A stretch of 64,000 nucleotides of DNA. Source: Clostridiales bacterium. Lineage in GTDB: Bacteria; Bacillota; Clostridia; Christensenellales; Pumilibacteraceae. Where the stretch lies: assembly GCA_003533505.1 (NCBI GenBank), contig DQGD01000004.1, positions 3,933-67,932 on the forward strand. The letters run 5' to 3'. Under the pieces are notes generated by a model that searched no databases, was not told the origin of the DNA, and worked only from the letters and a program-made list of their open reading frames with translations. Position 1 is the first letter of the stretch. Every line of letters starts with the position of its first letter. Shown piece by piece: positions 1-9,837 of this stretch. The translations under genes were made by a program, and so were the position numbers.

Positions 1-710
1 TGTCGTTTGACGAAGTTACGGACGGCGTGCCGAATGGAATTGACGTTCTCATCAACGCCGGCGACGCGTACACCGCGTTTTCGGGCGGCAAAGCATGGCT
101 GGACGAGCGGCTGCAAACCGCCGTCAGAAAATTCGTCTACGAGGGCGGCGGCTTTATCGGCGTAGGCGAGCCCACCGCATGCGAGGGCAACGGCAGATAC
201 TTCCAACTTGCCGACGTCATGGGCGTGGACGAAGAAGTCGGCTTCACGCTGTCGGTCGACAAGTACAATATCGAGAAAGTAACCGAGCCGTTTTTCGGCG
301 AGCTCGGCGGCACCGACTACGGCGAGGACAAGAAGAATATCTATGCGCTCGGCGGCGCGCGCGTGCTCGACATCGCGATAAGCGACCGTTTCCGCCGCAA
401 CGTCAACGTCGGTGAGGTAAAAATCGCCGTCAACGATTACGGCAAGGGCAGAAGTTTCTATATTACAGGTATTCCGTACAGCTTCGACAACTCGCGGCTT
501 CTTTACAAGGCAATGTGCTACGTCGCGAAAAAGGAGCTCTGCGTTGCGTACTCGTCGAACCCGGCTACCGAATGTAACTACTATCCCGAAGCCGTCAAGT
601 ACGCAATCGTGAACAATACGGACGAAAAGCAAATTACGGATTTTTACGACATAAACGGCGAAAAGCGCGTCGTAGAGCTTGAGCCCACCGAAATAAAATG
701 GCTGAAATAA
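1..710 (+). CDS. GH112-like 1,3-beta-galactosyl-N-acetylhexosamine (lacto-N-biose/galacto-N-biose) phosphorylase, C-terminal part; 5' end outside window
   Basis: The frame of ORF 27..710 stays open back to nt 3, so the CDS is cut by the window edge. Translated DVLINAGDAYTAFSGG...FVYEGGGFIGVGEPTA resembles, from memory, the middle/C-terminal domains of GH112 phosphorylases. It sits next to fucosidase-like and fucose genes. Not searched. Confidence 0.5.
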   Translation, partial: SFDEVTDGVPNGIDVLINAGDAYTAFSGGKAWLDERLQTAVRKFVYEGGGFIGVGEPTACEGNGRYFQLADVMGVDEEVGFTLSVDKYNIEKVTEPFFGELGGTDYGEDKKNIYALGGARVLDIAISDRFRRNVNVGEVKIAVNDYGKGRSFYITGIPYSFDNSRLLYKAMCYVAKKELCVAYSSNPATECNYYPEAVKYAIVNNTDEKQITDFYDINGEKRVVELEPTEIKWLK

Positions 711-2815
711 TCGTGAAAACAGAAAGATGGGACGAGGGACTTCCGCTCGGCAACGGAAAGCTCGGCAGCATAGTTTACGGCTCCCGACCTCTGAAAATCA
801 CCGTCGACAGAACGGATTTGTGGGATTTGCGCCCCAACAAAACCACTTTGGAGGAGGGGTTTAACTACCGCAACCTCGTAAAATTATCGACGAGCGATAA
901 CCCCGAGGATTGGAAGGAGCGGCAGCGGCTGTTCGAGGATATTTTCATGGGCGAGCCCTATCCGTCGAAGATTACCGCAGGGCGCGTAGAGCTCGATTTC
1001 GGAGTGAACGCCGACGAAGTACGGTACTCGCTCGACACGCGCGCCGCGCTCGCGAGCGTATACTGCGGCGACCAAATGATTGCGGACGTGTTCGCGTCGA
1101 AAAGCGCGAACGTCGGCGTTATCAGGACGTATAGGGATTGTAAACTCGCGCTGCATGTGCCGAGCTATCTGTCCGGGCGTCCGGGCGGCGGTTCGGGACT
1201 TGACGACAACTCGGGCGAGCTGTCGCTCGGTTATCCCGAGGCGGTAAAAAAGCGCGACGGCGGCTTTTATTGGTACGAGCAAAACACGCACACCGACTAC
1301 TCGTTCGGTATCGTGACGTACAGGACGCACGGCGCGATTTACTACGCGCTGGTCACGACGGACGACGCGCGCGACTATATCGGCTACGGCAAGCGCCTTC
1401 TCGAAAAAGCGGCGGCAATCGGCTGCGACAAGCTGCTCGCCGCGCACAAGCGCGAGTGGCGCGACTATAGGCGGCTGTCGTCGGTCAGGACGGGCGACAA
1501 GCTTATCGACGAAACCTACGAAAAGAGCTGGTATCTGTTCGGCAGCTGCTCGGCTGAGGGAGGATACCCCATGCCGCTTCAGGGCGTGTGGACGGCGGAC
1601 AACGACTGTCTGCCGCCGTGGAAGGGCGACTACCACCACGACACGAACACCGAGCTGTCGTACTGCGCGTTTCTCAAGGCGAACAGACTGTCCGCAGGCG
1701 AAGCTTTTATCGACTATCTGTGGAAGCTGAAACCGGCTTACGAGAGGTTTGCGCGCGACTTTTTCGGCGTGGACGGACTGCTGATTCCCTCGTGCTCGAC
1801 ATTGGACGGCAAGCCGATGGGCGGTTGGGCGCAGTATTCGCTCTCGCCTACGATGACTATATGGGCGGCGCAAAGCTTCGACGAGTACTATCTCTACACG
1901 GGCGACGCGGAGTTCCTTAGAAACCGCGCGTATCCGTTTTTCAAGGGCGTTGGCAGGGCTATAGCCTCGCTTCTATATGAGAAAAACGGCAGGCTGTATC
2001 TGTCCCTGTCGAGTTCGCCGGAGATTTTCGACGACACGAAAAAGGCGTATCTCGAGCCGAATTCCAACTTCGACCTCGCGCTTTTGCGCTATCTGTTCGG
2101 TACGCTGAAAAAGTACGCGGAAACGCTGGGCGAAAACGCCGACGAGTACGCAGGAATTTCGGACAAACTTGACGACATAGCAATCGACGATGACGGCGTG
2201 GTGATGCTGGACAGAACGCGGCGTTTGCCCGAAACGCATCGGCATTTCTCGCACGTCATGTGCCTGTATCCGCTGCATCTCATAAATTACGACACGGACG
2301 AACACAAGCGCATTTACGGAAACACGCTGCTGCACCTCGAAACTCTGGGTACGGGGCAGTGGGTGGGCTTTTCGTTCGCGATGTCCGCCGCGCTCTACGC
2401 CATGGCGAAAAATGGCAACGCGGCAGGCGAGCGACTTACGCAGTTTTGCCGCGGTTTCGTGGGCGAAAACGGATTTCACCTCAACGGCGATTACAAACAT
2501 TACGGTTACACCCGGTTTCATTACCGCCCGTTCACGCTCGAGAGCCTTTTCGGATTCTGCGACGCGTTGCAGGAAATGCTGATGCAGGACCACGAGGGCG
2601 GTATCGAGCTGTTTCCGGCGGTTCCCGACGGGTGGAAAAACCGCACCGTAGAATTCAAGAGTCTGCGTTCGCGCGGCGGCATGCTCGTGTCGGCAAAGCT
2701 CATAAACGGCGTTCTCGCGCGGTTGTCGGTAGAGTCGGACGTCGCTCGCGCGGTCACGATAAACGGCGCGGAGTATGCGCTGAAGAAAGGTAAAAATATA
2801 CTTATCGGGAGGTAA
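698..2815 (+). CDS. Glycoside hydrolase, GH95-like (alpha-L-fucosidase-type N-terminal domain)
   Basis: 705-aa ORF. The N-terminus ERWDEGLPLGNGKLGSIVYG fits the W-x-E-x-LPxGNGxLG opening I associate with GH95-type hydrolases. Its ATG overlaps the upstream stop by 13 nt, and fucU-fucI follow. It is shorter than typical GH95 enzymes. Confidence 0.5.
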   Translation: MAEIIVKTERWDEGLPLGNGKLGSIVYGSRPLKITVDRTDLWDLRPNKTTLEEGFNYRNLVKLSTSDNPEDWKERQRLFEDIFMGEPYPSKITAGRVELDFGVNADEVRYSLDTRAALASVYCGDQMIADVFASKSANVGVIRTYRDCKLALHVPSYLSGRPGGGSGLDDNSGELSLGYPEAVKKRDGGFYWYEQNTHTDYSFGIVTYRTHGAIYYALVTTDDARDYIGYGKRLLEKAAAIGCDKLLAAHKREWRDYRRLSSVRTGDKLIDETYEKSWYLFGSCSAEGGYPMPLQGVWTADNDCLPPWKGDYHHDTNTELSYCAFLKANRLSAGEAFIDYLWKLKPAYERFARDFFGVDGLLIPSCSTLDGKPMGGWAQYSLSPTMTIWAAQSFDEYYLYTGDAEFLRNRAYPFFKGVGRAIASLLYEKNGRLYLSLSSSPEIFDDTKKAYLEPNSNFDLALLRYLFGTLKKYAETLGENADEYAGISDKLDDIAIDDDGVVMLDRTRRLPETHRHFSHVMCLYPLHLINYDTDEHKRIYGNTLLHLETLGTGQWVGFSFAMSAALYAMAKNGNAAGERLTQFCRGFVGENGFHLNGDYKHYGYTRFHYRPFTLESLFGFCDALQEMLMQDHEGGIELFPAVPDGWKNRTVEFKSLRSRGGMLVSAKLINGVLARLSVESDVARAVTINGAEYALKKGKNILIGR

Positions 2816-2817
2816 TT

Positions 2818-3249
2818 ATGCTTAAAAATATACCTAAAATCGTTTCGCCGGAGCTATTGAAAACGCTGGCGGAAATGGGACACGGCGACGAAATCGTGAT
2901 TGCCGACGGCAATTTCCCTGCCGAAACTTTCGGCAAGCGCGTCATTCGCGCCGACGGAATAAGCGGCGCGGCAATGCTTGACGCGGTGCTTTCGCTGCTG
3001 CCGCTCGACACCTATTCCGACCCGAATTTCATTCTCATGAAGCTTATGGAGTGCGACGAGGGTAAAATTAACCCGATTATATGGGAAGAGTATAAAAATG
3101 TTGCCGATCGTCACGATAGAAACGTGCGGATAGGGCAAATCGGACGTTTCGAGTTTTACGAGCGCGCGAAGTCGGCTTATGCGGTGATAGCTACGGGCGA
3201 AGAGGCGGTTTACGCGAACATTATATTGAAAAAAGGCGTTATAAAATAA
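2818..3249 (+). CDS. fucU: L-fucose mutarotase (RbsD/FucU family)
   Basis: 143 aa. [25 protein letters not shown] is the RbsD/FucU signature. GGGAGG RBS 5 nt upstream. Lies directly upstream of fucI. Confidence 0.8.
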   Translation: MLKNIPKIVSPELLKTLAEMGHGDEIVIADGNFPAETFGKRVIRADGISGAAMLDAVLSLLPLDTYSDPNFILMKLMECDEGKINPIIWEEYKNVADRHDRNVRIGQIGRFEFYERAKSAYAVIATGEEAVYANIILKKGVIK

Positions 3250-3266
3250 CGAAAGGAGCAAAAATT

Positions 3267-5069
3267 ATGGCAAAGAGCAGACTGATAGGAGATTACCCGG
3301 TAATAGGAATCCGCCCCACGATTGACGGGCGGCGCGGCAAAATCAAGGTGCGCGAGAGCCTTGAAGAGCAGACCATGAACATGGCGAAAGCGGCGGCGAA
3401 GCTCATCGAGGACAACGTGTTTTACTCGAACGGCGAACACGCAAAGGTAATCATCGCCGACACGACAATCGGCAGAGTAGCCGAGGCGGCGGCTTGCGCG
3501 GACAAATTCAGAAAAGCCGGCGTGGACATCACGCTCACCGTCACTCCGTGCTGGTGCTACGGCGCGGAAACGATGGACATGGAGCCGATGACGATTAAAG
3601 CGGTGTGGGGCTTCAACGGCACCGAGCGCCCCGGCGCGGTGTACCTTGCGTCCGTTCTCGCCACCCACGCGCAAAAGGGCTTGCCGGCGTTCGGCATCTA
3701 CGGCCACGAGGTACAGGAAGCGGACGATACCGAAATCCCGTCGGACGTAAGAGAGAAAATACTGCGCTTTGCTCGCGCGGCGGTGGCGGTAGCAACCATG
3801 CGCGGCAAGTCGTACCTGCAGATAGGATCTGTCACCATGGGCATCGGCGGCTCGATTATTTCCCCCGAGTTTTTCGAGGAGTATCTCGGCATGCGCGTCG
3901 AGTCCGTGGACGAGGTGGAGATTATCCGCAGAATGACCGAGGGCATTTACGACGAGAACGAGTATAAAAAAGCGCTGAAATGGGTCAAGGAGAAGTGTCG
4001 TCCCGACTTTGACAAGAACCCGAAAGAAATGCAGAAAACTCCCGAGGAAAAGGAGAAAGATTGGGAGTTTACGGCTAAAACGGCTTGCATAATCAAGGAC
4101 TTGTTCAACGGTAACCACAACCTGCCCGAGGGCAGAGAAGAGGAAGCCGTCGGACACAACGCGATTGTCGGCGGTTTTCAGGGTCAGCGGCAGTGGACGG
4201 ACTTCTACCCGAACTGCGACTTTCCCGAAAGCATATTGAATTCGTCGTTCGATTGGTCGGGCGCGAGAGAGCCGTATATCCTCGGCACCGAGAACGACAC
4301 GCTCAACGCCGCGAGCATGCTGTTTATGAAGCTTCTCACCGGCAGGGCGCAGATGTTCGCCGACGTGAGAACGTATTGGTCGGGAGCCGCCGTAAAACGC
4401 GTCACCGGCTATGAAATCGAGGGTAAGGCAAAGGAAGCCGACGGCTTTATCCACCTCATCAACTCCGGCGCGTGCTGCGTGGACGCTTGCGGCGAAGTGA
4501 AGGACGAGAACGGCAACCCCACGATGAAGCGTTGGTGGGAAGTCACCGACAAGGACATCGACACTATGATGAACGCCACGACCTGGCCGTATGCGGATTT
4601 GGGTTACTTCCGCGGCGGCGGTTATTCCAGTCGCTTCGTCACGCGCGCCGAAATGCCGGCTACCATGATAAGGCTCAATCTCATCAAAGGCTTGGGACCG
4701 GTGCTGCAAATCGTCGAGGGCTGGACGGTCAAGCTCCCGGACGAAGTGACGGACAAGCTGTGGAAGAGAACGGACTACACCTGGCCGTGCACCTGGTTCA
4801 CGCCGCGAGTGACGGGCAAGGGTGCGTTCAAGTCCGCCTACGACGTCATGAATAATTGGGGTGCAAACCATGGCGCGATTTCCTACGGACATATCGGCGC
4901 GGACTTAATCACAATGTGCTCGATACTGCGAATCCCCGTGTGCATGCACAACGTCGACGAAGCGGATATTTACCGTCCTGCCGCATGGAACGCGTTCGGC
5001 ATGGATAAGGAAGGACAGGACTACCGCGCCTGCGCCGCCTACGGACCTATGTACAAGAACATAAAATAA
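3267..5069 (+). CDS. fucI: L-fucose isomerase
   Basis: 600 aa. The N-terminus [31 protein letters not shown] and the overall length match FucI (about 590 aa). AAAGGAG RBS. Confidence 0.9.
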   Translation: MAKSRLIGDYPVIGIRPTIDGRRGKIKVRESLEEQTMNMAKAAAKLIEDNVFYSNGEHAKVIIADTTIGRVAEAAACADKFRKAGVDITLTVTPCWCYGAETMDMEPMTIKAVWGFNGTERPGAVYLASVLATHAQKGLPAFGIYGHEVQEADDTEIPSDVREKILRFARAAVAVATMRGKSYLQIGSVTMGIGGSIISPEFFEEYLGMRVESVDEVEIIRRMTEGIYDENEYKKALKWVKEKCRPDFDKNPKEMQKTPEEKEKDWEFTAKTACIIKDLFNGNHNLPEGREEEAVGHNAIVGGFQGQRQWTDFYPNCDFPESILNSSFDWSGAREPYILGTENDTLNAASMLFMKLLTGRAQMFADVRTYWSGAAVKRVTGYEIEGKAKEADGFIHLINSGACCVDACGEVKDENGNPTMKRWWEVTDKDIDTMMNATTWPYADLGYFRGGGYSSRFVTRAEMPATMIRLNLIKGLGPVLQIVEGWTVKLPDEVTDKLWKRTDYTWPCTWFTPRVTGKGAFKSAYDVMNNWGANHGAISYGHIGADLITMCSILRIPVCMHNVDEADIYRPAAWNAFGMDKEGQDYRACAAYGPMYKNIK

Positions 5070-5119
5070 TATTCGGCAAGACCGAATAGCCGAAATAGAA
5101 TAACCGGAATAAAAGAAAA

Positions 5120-5155
5120 GTTGTCTGCGAAAAACAAATCGCGGATAACTTTTTT
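5120..5155. terminator. Bidirectional intrinsic terminator between convergent fucI and gluQ
   Basis: GTTGTCTGCGA / TCGCGGATAAC forms an 11-bp stem (2 G-U pairs) with an 8-nt loop. It is flanked by an A-run upstream and TTTTTT downstream. Confidence 0.6.
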
Positions 5156-5190
5156 CGTTGCGGTTTTGATTTATGTTGTGTTTCGAGCCG

Positions 5191-6144
5191 TCACCTTACG
5201 AGCAATTCCTCCGGCAAGCGCACGTCGGACTTTTTCAGCCGCGTAACGTCGAAAATCGGTATCAGCTCGTCGAGAGCGACGGGCGAGGGCGAATCAATCA
5301 GCCCTGCCGCAAAAGCCAGCGCGCCGATGACCCGTTCGGGCGAGGAAAAAGCGGAGCGCAGGTATTCGAGGTTGGAATAGCCGCCGCGCTTCGACAGCCG
5401 TTCGCCGTTGCCGTCGGTGACGAGCGGAACGTGCAGAAACTCGGGCGGTTCGAAGCCGAGCAAGCGATATAAATAGATTTGCCGCGGCGACGAGGACAGT
5501 AAGTCCGCGCCGCGCACCACTTCCGTCACGCCCGAGAGCGCGTCGTCGACCACCACCGCGAGCTGATAGGCGTAGGTGCCGTCGCTTCTGCGGATAATGA
5601 AATCGCCGCAGTCCGCGGCGAGGTTTTGCTTAAACTCGCCCTGCAGTCTGTCGGTAAACGCTATCGTTTCGTCCGCCGCGATAAGCCGCGTCGCAGGCGG
5701 TCTGTCGGGGCGCGCGGACGGCGGCAGATTGCGACAACGCCCGTCGTAAACGGGCGAATCGCCGTGCGGCGCGGTGGCGGCGTGAAGCTGCGCGCGCGAG
5801 CAATAACACGGGTAAGTCAGCCCCGACTCTACAAGAACGCGAAAGTATTTTTCGTAAACCGCGCTCCGCTCGTTCTGGAACAAAACTTCGCCGTCAAATC
5901 GGAACCCGAACCAATCGAGGTCGTCCTTCATAAGCGTTACCGCCGAATCGGGACAGCGGCTCTTGTCCAAATCCTCTACGCGTAACAAACATTTGCCGCC
6001 GCGCGACTTCGCCGAAAGATACGCCACCATCGCGGAAAATATGTTCCCCAGGTGCAGCCTGCCCGACGGCGTGGGCGCAAACCTCCCCACAACCTCGCGC
6101 TTGTCTTTTGCTTTGCCGCTCGTGACTTGAATCATTTTATCCAT
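5191..6144 (-). CDS. gluQ: tRNA glutamyl-Q(34) synthetase (GluRS paralog lacking the anticodon-binding domain)
   Basis: 317 aa. GRFAPTPSGRLHLGNIFSAMVAYL...LLRVEDLD is the class-I GluRS catalytic core. The length is too short for a full GluRS, and a full-length gltX is present at 38633. Confidence 0.75.
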   Translation of the reverse strand: MDKMIQVTSGKAKDKREVVGRFAPTPSGRLHLGNIFSAMVAYLSAKSRGGKCLLRVEDLDKSRCPDSAVTLMKDDLDWFGFRFDGEVLFQNERSAVYEKYFRVLVESGLTYPCYCSRAQLHAATAPHGDSPVYDGRCRNLPPSARPDRPPATRLIAADETIAFTDRLQGEFKQNLAADCGDFIIRRSDGTYAYQLAVVVDDALSGVTEVVRGADLLSSSPRQIYLYRLLGFEPPEFLHVPLVTDGNGERLSKRGGYSNLEYLRSAFSSPERVIGALAFAAGLIDSPSPVALDELIPIFDVTRLKKSDVRLPEELLVR

Positions 6145-6530
6145 GAAACGATTATACCTCGTGCGCCCGGTAAAATCAAATATTTTGCCTCGACGATTGA
6201 ATTTTTTAATTTTCGCCCCGTTTTTCTTGCAAAACCGGGGATGCGGATAACTTCTGCCGCGAATATCGAAAAATCAAATAATTTTTTTTAACCGAAACAA
6301 AGTCCTCCGCTTTATCGGAGAGCTTTGCTTTATACTTATTCTGCATAAATATGCACGGCGGCGAATAAAATTGCAAAGTGAGAAAAATAGGCGGTTTTTC
6401 CGATTTTTTTTCGTTTTTACGGTTTTTCGCAACGGTAAATCGGGGCTTTTTATCTCAAAAAATCTCGTTGAGGCGTGACTTTATTTGAATAAAGACGATA
6501 AAAAATTATTAAATACGCGCGGTAAATGTA

Positions 6531-6559
6531 TTGCGTTTTACGAAACGATATAGTATAAT
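6531..6559 (+). promoter_or_regulatory. Putative sigma-A promoter for the aminotransferase/synthase operon
   Basis: TTGCGT, 17 nt, TATAAT, lying 39 nt upstream of the ATG at 6598. Confidence 0.45.
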
Positions 6560-6597
6560 TATACTGAGAAACTATTACACACCAAGGAGTACAGCCC

Positions 6598-7797
6598 ATG
6601 AAAATCGCAAAAAGAGCAGCATCGATAAAGCCGTCGTTAACTTTGGAGATAAGCGCGAAGGCGAAAAAAATGAAGGAAGAGGGGCGCGACGTCGTGTCGT
6701 TCGGCGCGGGCGAGCCCGACTTCAACACGCCCGAGTACATTTGCGAAGCGGCAAAGCAGGCAATCGACGGCGGCAAGACGAAGTACACGCCGGCTTCGGG
6801 CACGGCTTCGCTGAAAGCCGCGATTTGCGGCAAGCTGAAAGCGGACAACGGGCTCGACTACGCCCCCGAGAACATAGTCATCTCCAACGGCGCAAAACAT
6901 TCGCTTTACAACGCGATAGCCGCGCTCGTGGAGGACGGCGACGAAGTGATAATCCCGGCTCCTTATTGGCTGACCTATCCCGAGCTCGTGCGGCTTGCCG
7001 GCGGCGTTCCGGTGTTTGTGGACACCAAGGCGGAAAACGGCTTCAAACTGACCGCGGACGAGCTGAGGAGCGCGATTACGCCGCGCACGGTCGCGCTTGT
7101 TTTCAACAATCCCAATAACCCGTCGGGCGCGGTTTACTCCGAGGAAGAGGTCAAAGCGCTCGCGCGCGTTATCGAAAAAACAGACGTGACGGTAATCAGC
7201 GACGAGATTTACGAGATGCTGGACTACACGGGGATTCCCACCTATTCCATGGCAGGCTACTCGGATAAGCTGAAAAAACAGACCGTCGTCGTCAACGGCG
7301 TGTCCAAAACCTACTCGATGACGGGCTGGCGAATAGGCTTTATCGCCTGTGAGGCAAAGCTCGCCGCGGCTATATCCGGCATGCAGAGTCACATGACGTC
7401 AAACCCTAACACGATAGCGCAGTACGCCGCCGAAGCGGCTTACACGCACGAGGGAGGCAAGGCTTTTCTGGAAACGATGAAAAAGAGTTTCGACGCGAGA
7501 AGACGGTTGATAATGGAGCGGCTGGACGAGATACCGGAGCTGAGCTACGTCACTCCGCAGGGCGCGTTCTACATTATGGTGAACGTGAGCAAGCTGTTCG
7601 GGCGTTCGGTGGGCGGCGTGATAATCGGTTCGGCAATCGGGTTCGCGCATGCGCTTTTGGACGACGCGGACGTGGCGGTGATACCCTGCGAGCCGTTCGG
7701 CGCGCCCGACTATGTGCGGCTCAGCTACGCGGTGTCGGACGACGACGTGAGAAAGGGCGTGGAGAGAATCGCGGACTTCGTGGCTAAATTCGAGTGA
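6598..7797 (+). CDS. Pyridoxal-phosphate-dependent aminotransferase, class I (aspartate aminotransferase-like)
   Basis: 399 aa. NPNNPSGAVY and the PLP-lysine motif SKTYSMTGWRIG are present. AAGGAG RBS. Confidence 0.8.
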   Translation: MKIAKRAASIKPSLTLEISAKAKKMKEEGRDVVSFGAGEPDFNTPEYICEAAKQAIDGGKTKYTPASGTASLKAAICGKLKADNGLDYAPENIVISNGAKHSLYNAIAALVEDGDEVIIPAPYWLTYPELVRLAGGVPVFVDTKAENGFKLTADELRSAITPRTVALVFNNPNNPSGAVYSEEEVKALARVIEKTDVTVISDEIYEMLDYTGIPTYSMAGYSDKLKKQTVVVNGVSKTYSMTGWRIGFIACEAKLAAAISGMQSHMTSNPNTIAQYAAEAAYTHEGGKAFLETMKKSFDARRRLIMERLDEIPELSYVTPQGAFYIMVNVSKLFGRSVGGVIIGSAIGFAHALLDDADVAVIPCEPFGAPDYVRLSYAVSDDDVRKGVERIADFVAKFE

Positions 7798-7811
7798 GAG
7801 AGGAGGCGTAA

Positions 7812-9221
7812 ATGGAAAAACACATACTTCATAAAAGCAAGCACACGGGGCTTCTCGAGCGAGAGGAGCACGACTACGTTCTCAAAAACGTCAAAGAGCC
7901 CGAGCTTTACCGCGGCATTTTCGATTACGACCAGGTGCCGAAAGTGGTTTTCAACGACCGCAAAGTGCCGATGAATCCTGCGGACGAGTGGTGGATAACC
8001 GACACGACCTTTCGCGACGGTCAGCAGTCCAGCGCGCCGCTGTCGGTCAAGCAAATCGTCGACATTTACAAGCTGATGAACAAGCTCGGCGGCAAAAACG
8101 GGCTTATCCGCGCCAGCGAGTTTTTCCTGTACAGCGAAAAAGACAAGCAGGCGGTCAAGGCTTGCATGGAGCTGGGGCTGGAATTTCCCGAGATAACCAG
8201 CTGGATTCGCGCCGACGAAAAGGACTTCAAGCTCGTCAAGGACATGCACATCAAGGAAACGGGCATACTCGTCAGTTGCTCGGACTACCATATATATAAG
8301 AAAATGAAGCTCGACCGTCAGGGCGCGCTCGACAAGTACCTCGCCATCGTCAAGTCCGCGCTCGACAACGGCATAGTGCCGCGCTGCCACTTCGAGGACA
8401 TCACGAGAGCGGATTTCTACGGCTTCGTCGTGCCGTTTGCCTACGAGCTGATGCGGCTGAGCGAAGAGTACGCCACGCCCGTCAAGATTCGCGCGTGCGA
8501 TACCCTCGGCTACGGCGTAACCTATCCCGGCTCTGCGCTGCCGCGTTCGGTGCCCGGTATTATCTACGGACTCAATTACTACGCCGGCATTCCGAGCGAG
8601 TGGCTGGAGTGGCACGGGCACAACGACTTTTACAAGGCGGTAGTCAATGCCACCACCGCGTGGCTGTACGGTTGCAGCGGCGTAAACTGCTCGCTACTCG
8701 GCATCGGCGAGCGCACGGGCAACTGCCCCACCGAAGCGATGTGCATCGAGTACGCCCAGATGAAGGGCACTACCGACGGCATGGACTTGACCGTAATCAC
8801 AGAAATCGCGGACTACTTCGAGCGCGAAATCGGCTACACGATACCGCCGCGCACGCCGTTCGTCGGCAAGGCGTTCAACGCCACGCGCGCAGGCATACAC
8901 GCCGACGGGCTATTGAAAGACGAGGAGATTTACAACGTGTTCGACACCGCCAAAATCCTCGGCAAAAAGCCCACGGTTTCCATTTCCAACACTTCGGGGC
9001 TCGCCGGCATCGCATATTGGATAAACGCCTACTACGGGCTGGAGGGCGAGTACGCCGTCGATAAGTCGGACGAGGTCGTCAAGGCGCTCAAACAAATGGT
9101 GGACGAAGAGTACGCCGCCGGCAGAAACACGATTATGGGCGACGACGAGCTGGACTCTATGGTAAGGCTGTTCGACAAGAAACTGCACAGGCTGTTTAAC
9201 GAGCATATCGGCAACAAGTGA
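7812..9221 (+). CDS. Isopropylmalate/homocitrate/citramalate synthase-family enzyme (possible Re-citrate synthase)
   Basis: 469 aa. The DRE-TIM metallolyase opening is WWITDTTFRDGQQS (F and Q where LeuA usually has TLRDGEQ), and HGHNDF is present. GAGGAGG RBS. Confidence 0.7.
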   Translation: MEKHILHKSKHTGLLEREEHDYVLKNVKEPELYRGIFDYDQVPKVVFNDRKVPMNPADEWWITDTTFRDGQQSSAPLSVKQIVDIYKLMNKLGGKNGLIRASEFFLYSEKDKQAVKACMELGLEFPEITSWIRADEKDFKLVKDMHIKETGILVSCSDYHIYKKMKLDRQGALDKYLAIVKSALDNGIVPRCHFEDITRADFYGFVVPFAYELMRLSEEYATPVKIRACDTLGYGVTYPGSALPRSVPGIIYGLNYYAGIPSEWLEWHGHNDFYKAVVNATTAWLYGCSGVNCSLLGIGERTGNCPTEAMCIEYAQMKGTTDGMDLTVITEIADYFEREIGYTIPPRTPFVGKAFNATRAGIHADGLLKDEEIYNVFDTAKILGKKPTVSISNTSGLAGIAYWINAYYGLEGEYAVDKSDEVVKALKQMVDEEYAAGRNTIMGDDELDSMVRLFDKKLHRLFNEHIGNK

Positions 9222-9382
9222 GCCGCGACCGAGGCGGACGAGGCGAAAACGCCCGAAAATTAGCGGAAAAATTTTCGTAAAATTCACCAAATCGTCGGGA
9301 TTTTAATGTATAATATAAGAGGAAAGAGCAAAAGGGCTTTTTCCGAAAGCAAACGTATCAAATAAAAGAGGGAGGACGAACA

Positions 9383-9784
9383 ATGATAAGCATTATCTAC
9401 GGAGCAAAGGGCAGCGGCAAGACCAAGCGCATTATCGACGCGGCGAACGAACGCGCGCGCTTAAGTAAAGGAAGCGTGGTGTACATAACCGATTGCGCCG
9501 ACCACTCGTCCGTCGTGGACAACGGCATTCGCTTCATCGACATCAATCACTACGACGTCACCGACGAGAACGGCATGCTGTGCTTTATCAAGGGCTTGCT
9601 CGCAGGCAACTACGACATAACCGACGTGTATATCGACGGGCTCGCCAAGTTCGTCAAAAAGGACGTTTCCGAGCTGGAGGGCGCGTTCAGGCAGCTCGAC
9701 CTTCTCGGTACGGAGTTCAACGTTACGTTCACCCTCACCGTTTCGGCGGAGGAAGTCCCCGACTTTATGCGCCGCTATATCTGA
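9383..9784 (+). CDS. Minimal P-loop NTPase, function unknown
   Basis: 133 aa. Walker A is GAKGSGKT (residues 7-14) and a Walker-B-like DVYIDG follows. GGGAGG RBS. First gene of the thrC operon. Confidence 0.55.
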   Translation: MISIIYGAKGSGKTKRIIDAANERARLSKGSVVYITDCADHSSVVDNGIRFIDINHYDVTDENGMLCFIKGLLAGNYDITDVYIDGLAKFVKKDVSELEGAFRQLDLLGTEFNVTFTLTVSAEEVPDFMRRYI

Positions 9785-9837
9785 CTACAAGCCCGGGTTG
9801 CGGATTATTCGTGACTCGGCAAAAGGATTTGACTATT

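Noticed and set aside
3210-4892. 560-aa minus-strand ORF covering most of fucI
   Set aside because: It is an antisense shadow ORF typical of GC-rich DNA. The product is Arg/Ala/His/Val-rich with no motifs, while the plus-strand product is an unmistakable FucI.
9493-9837. 5' extension of the thrC ORF (610-aa version in the track)
   Set aside because: Its first 97 codons overlap the P-loop gene in another frame and are Arg-rich nonsense. The ThrC homology begins at DFISTRN, right after the TTG at 9838.
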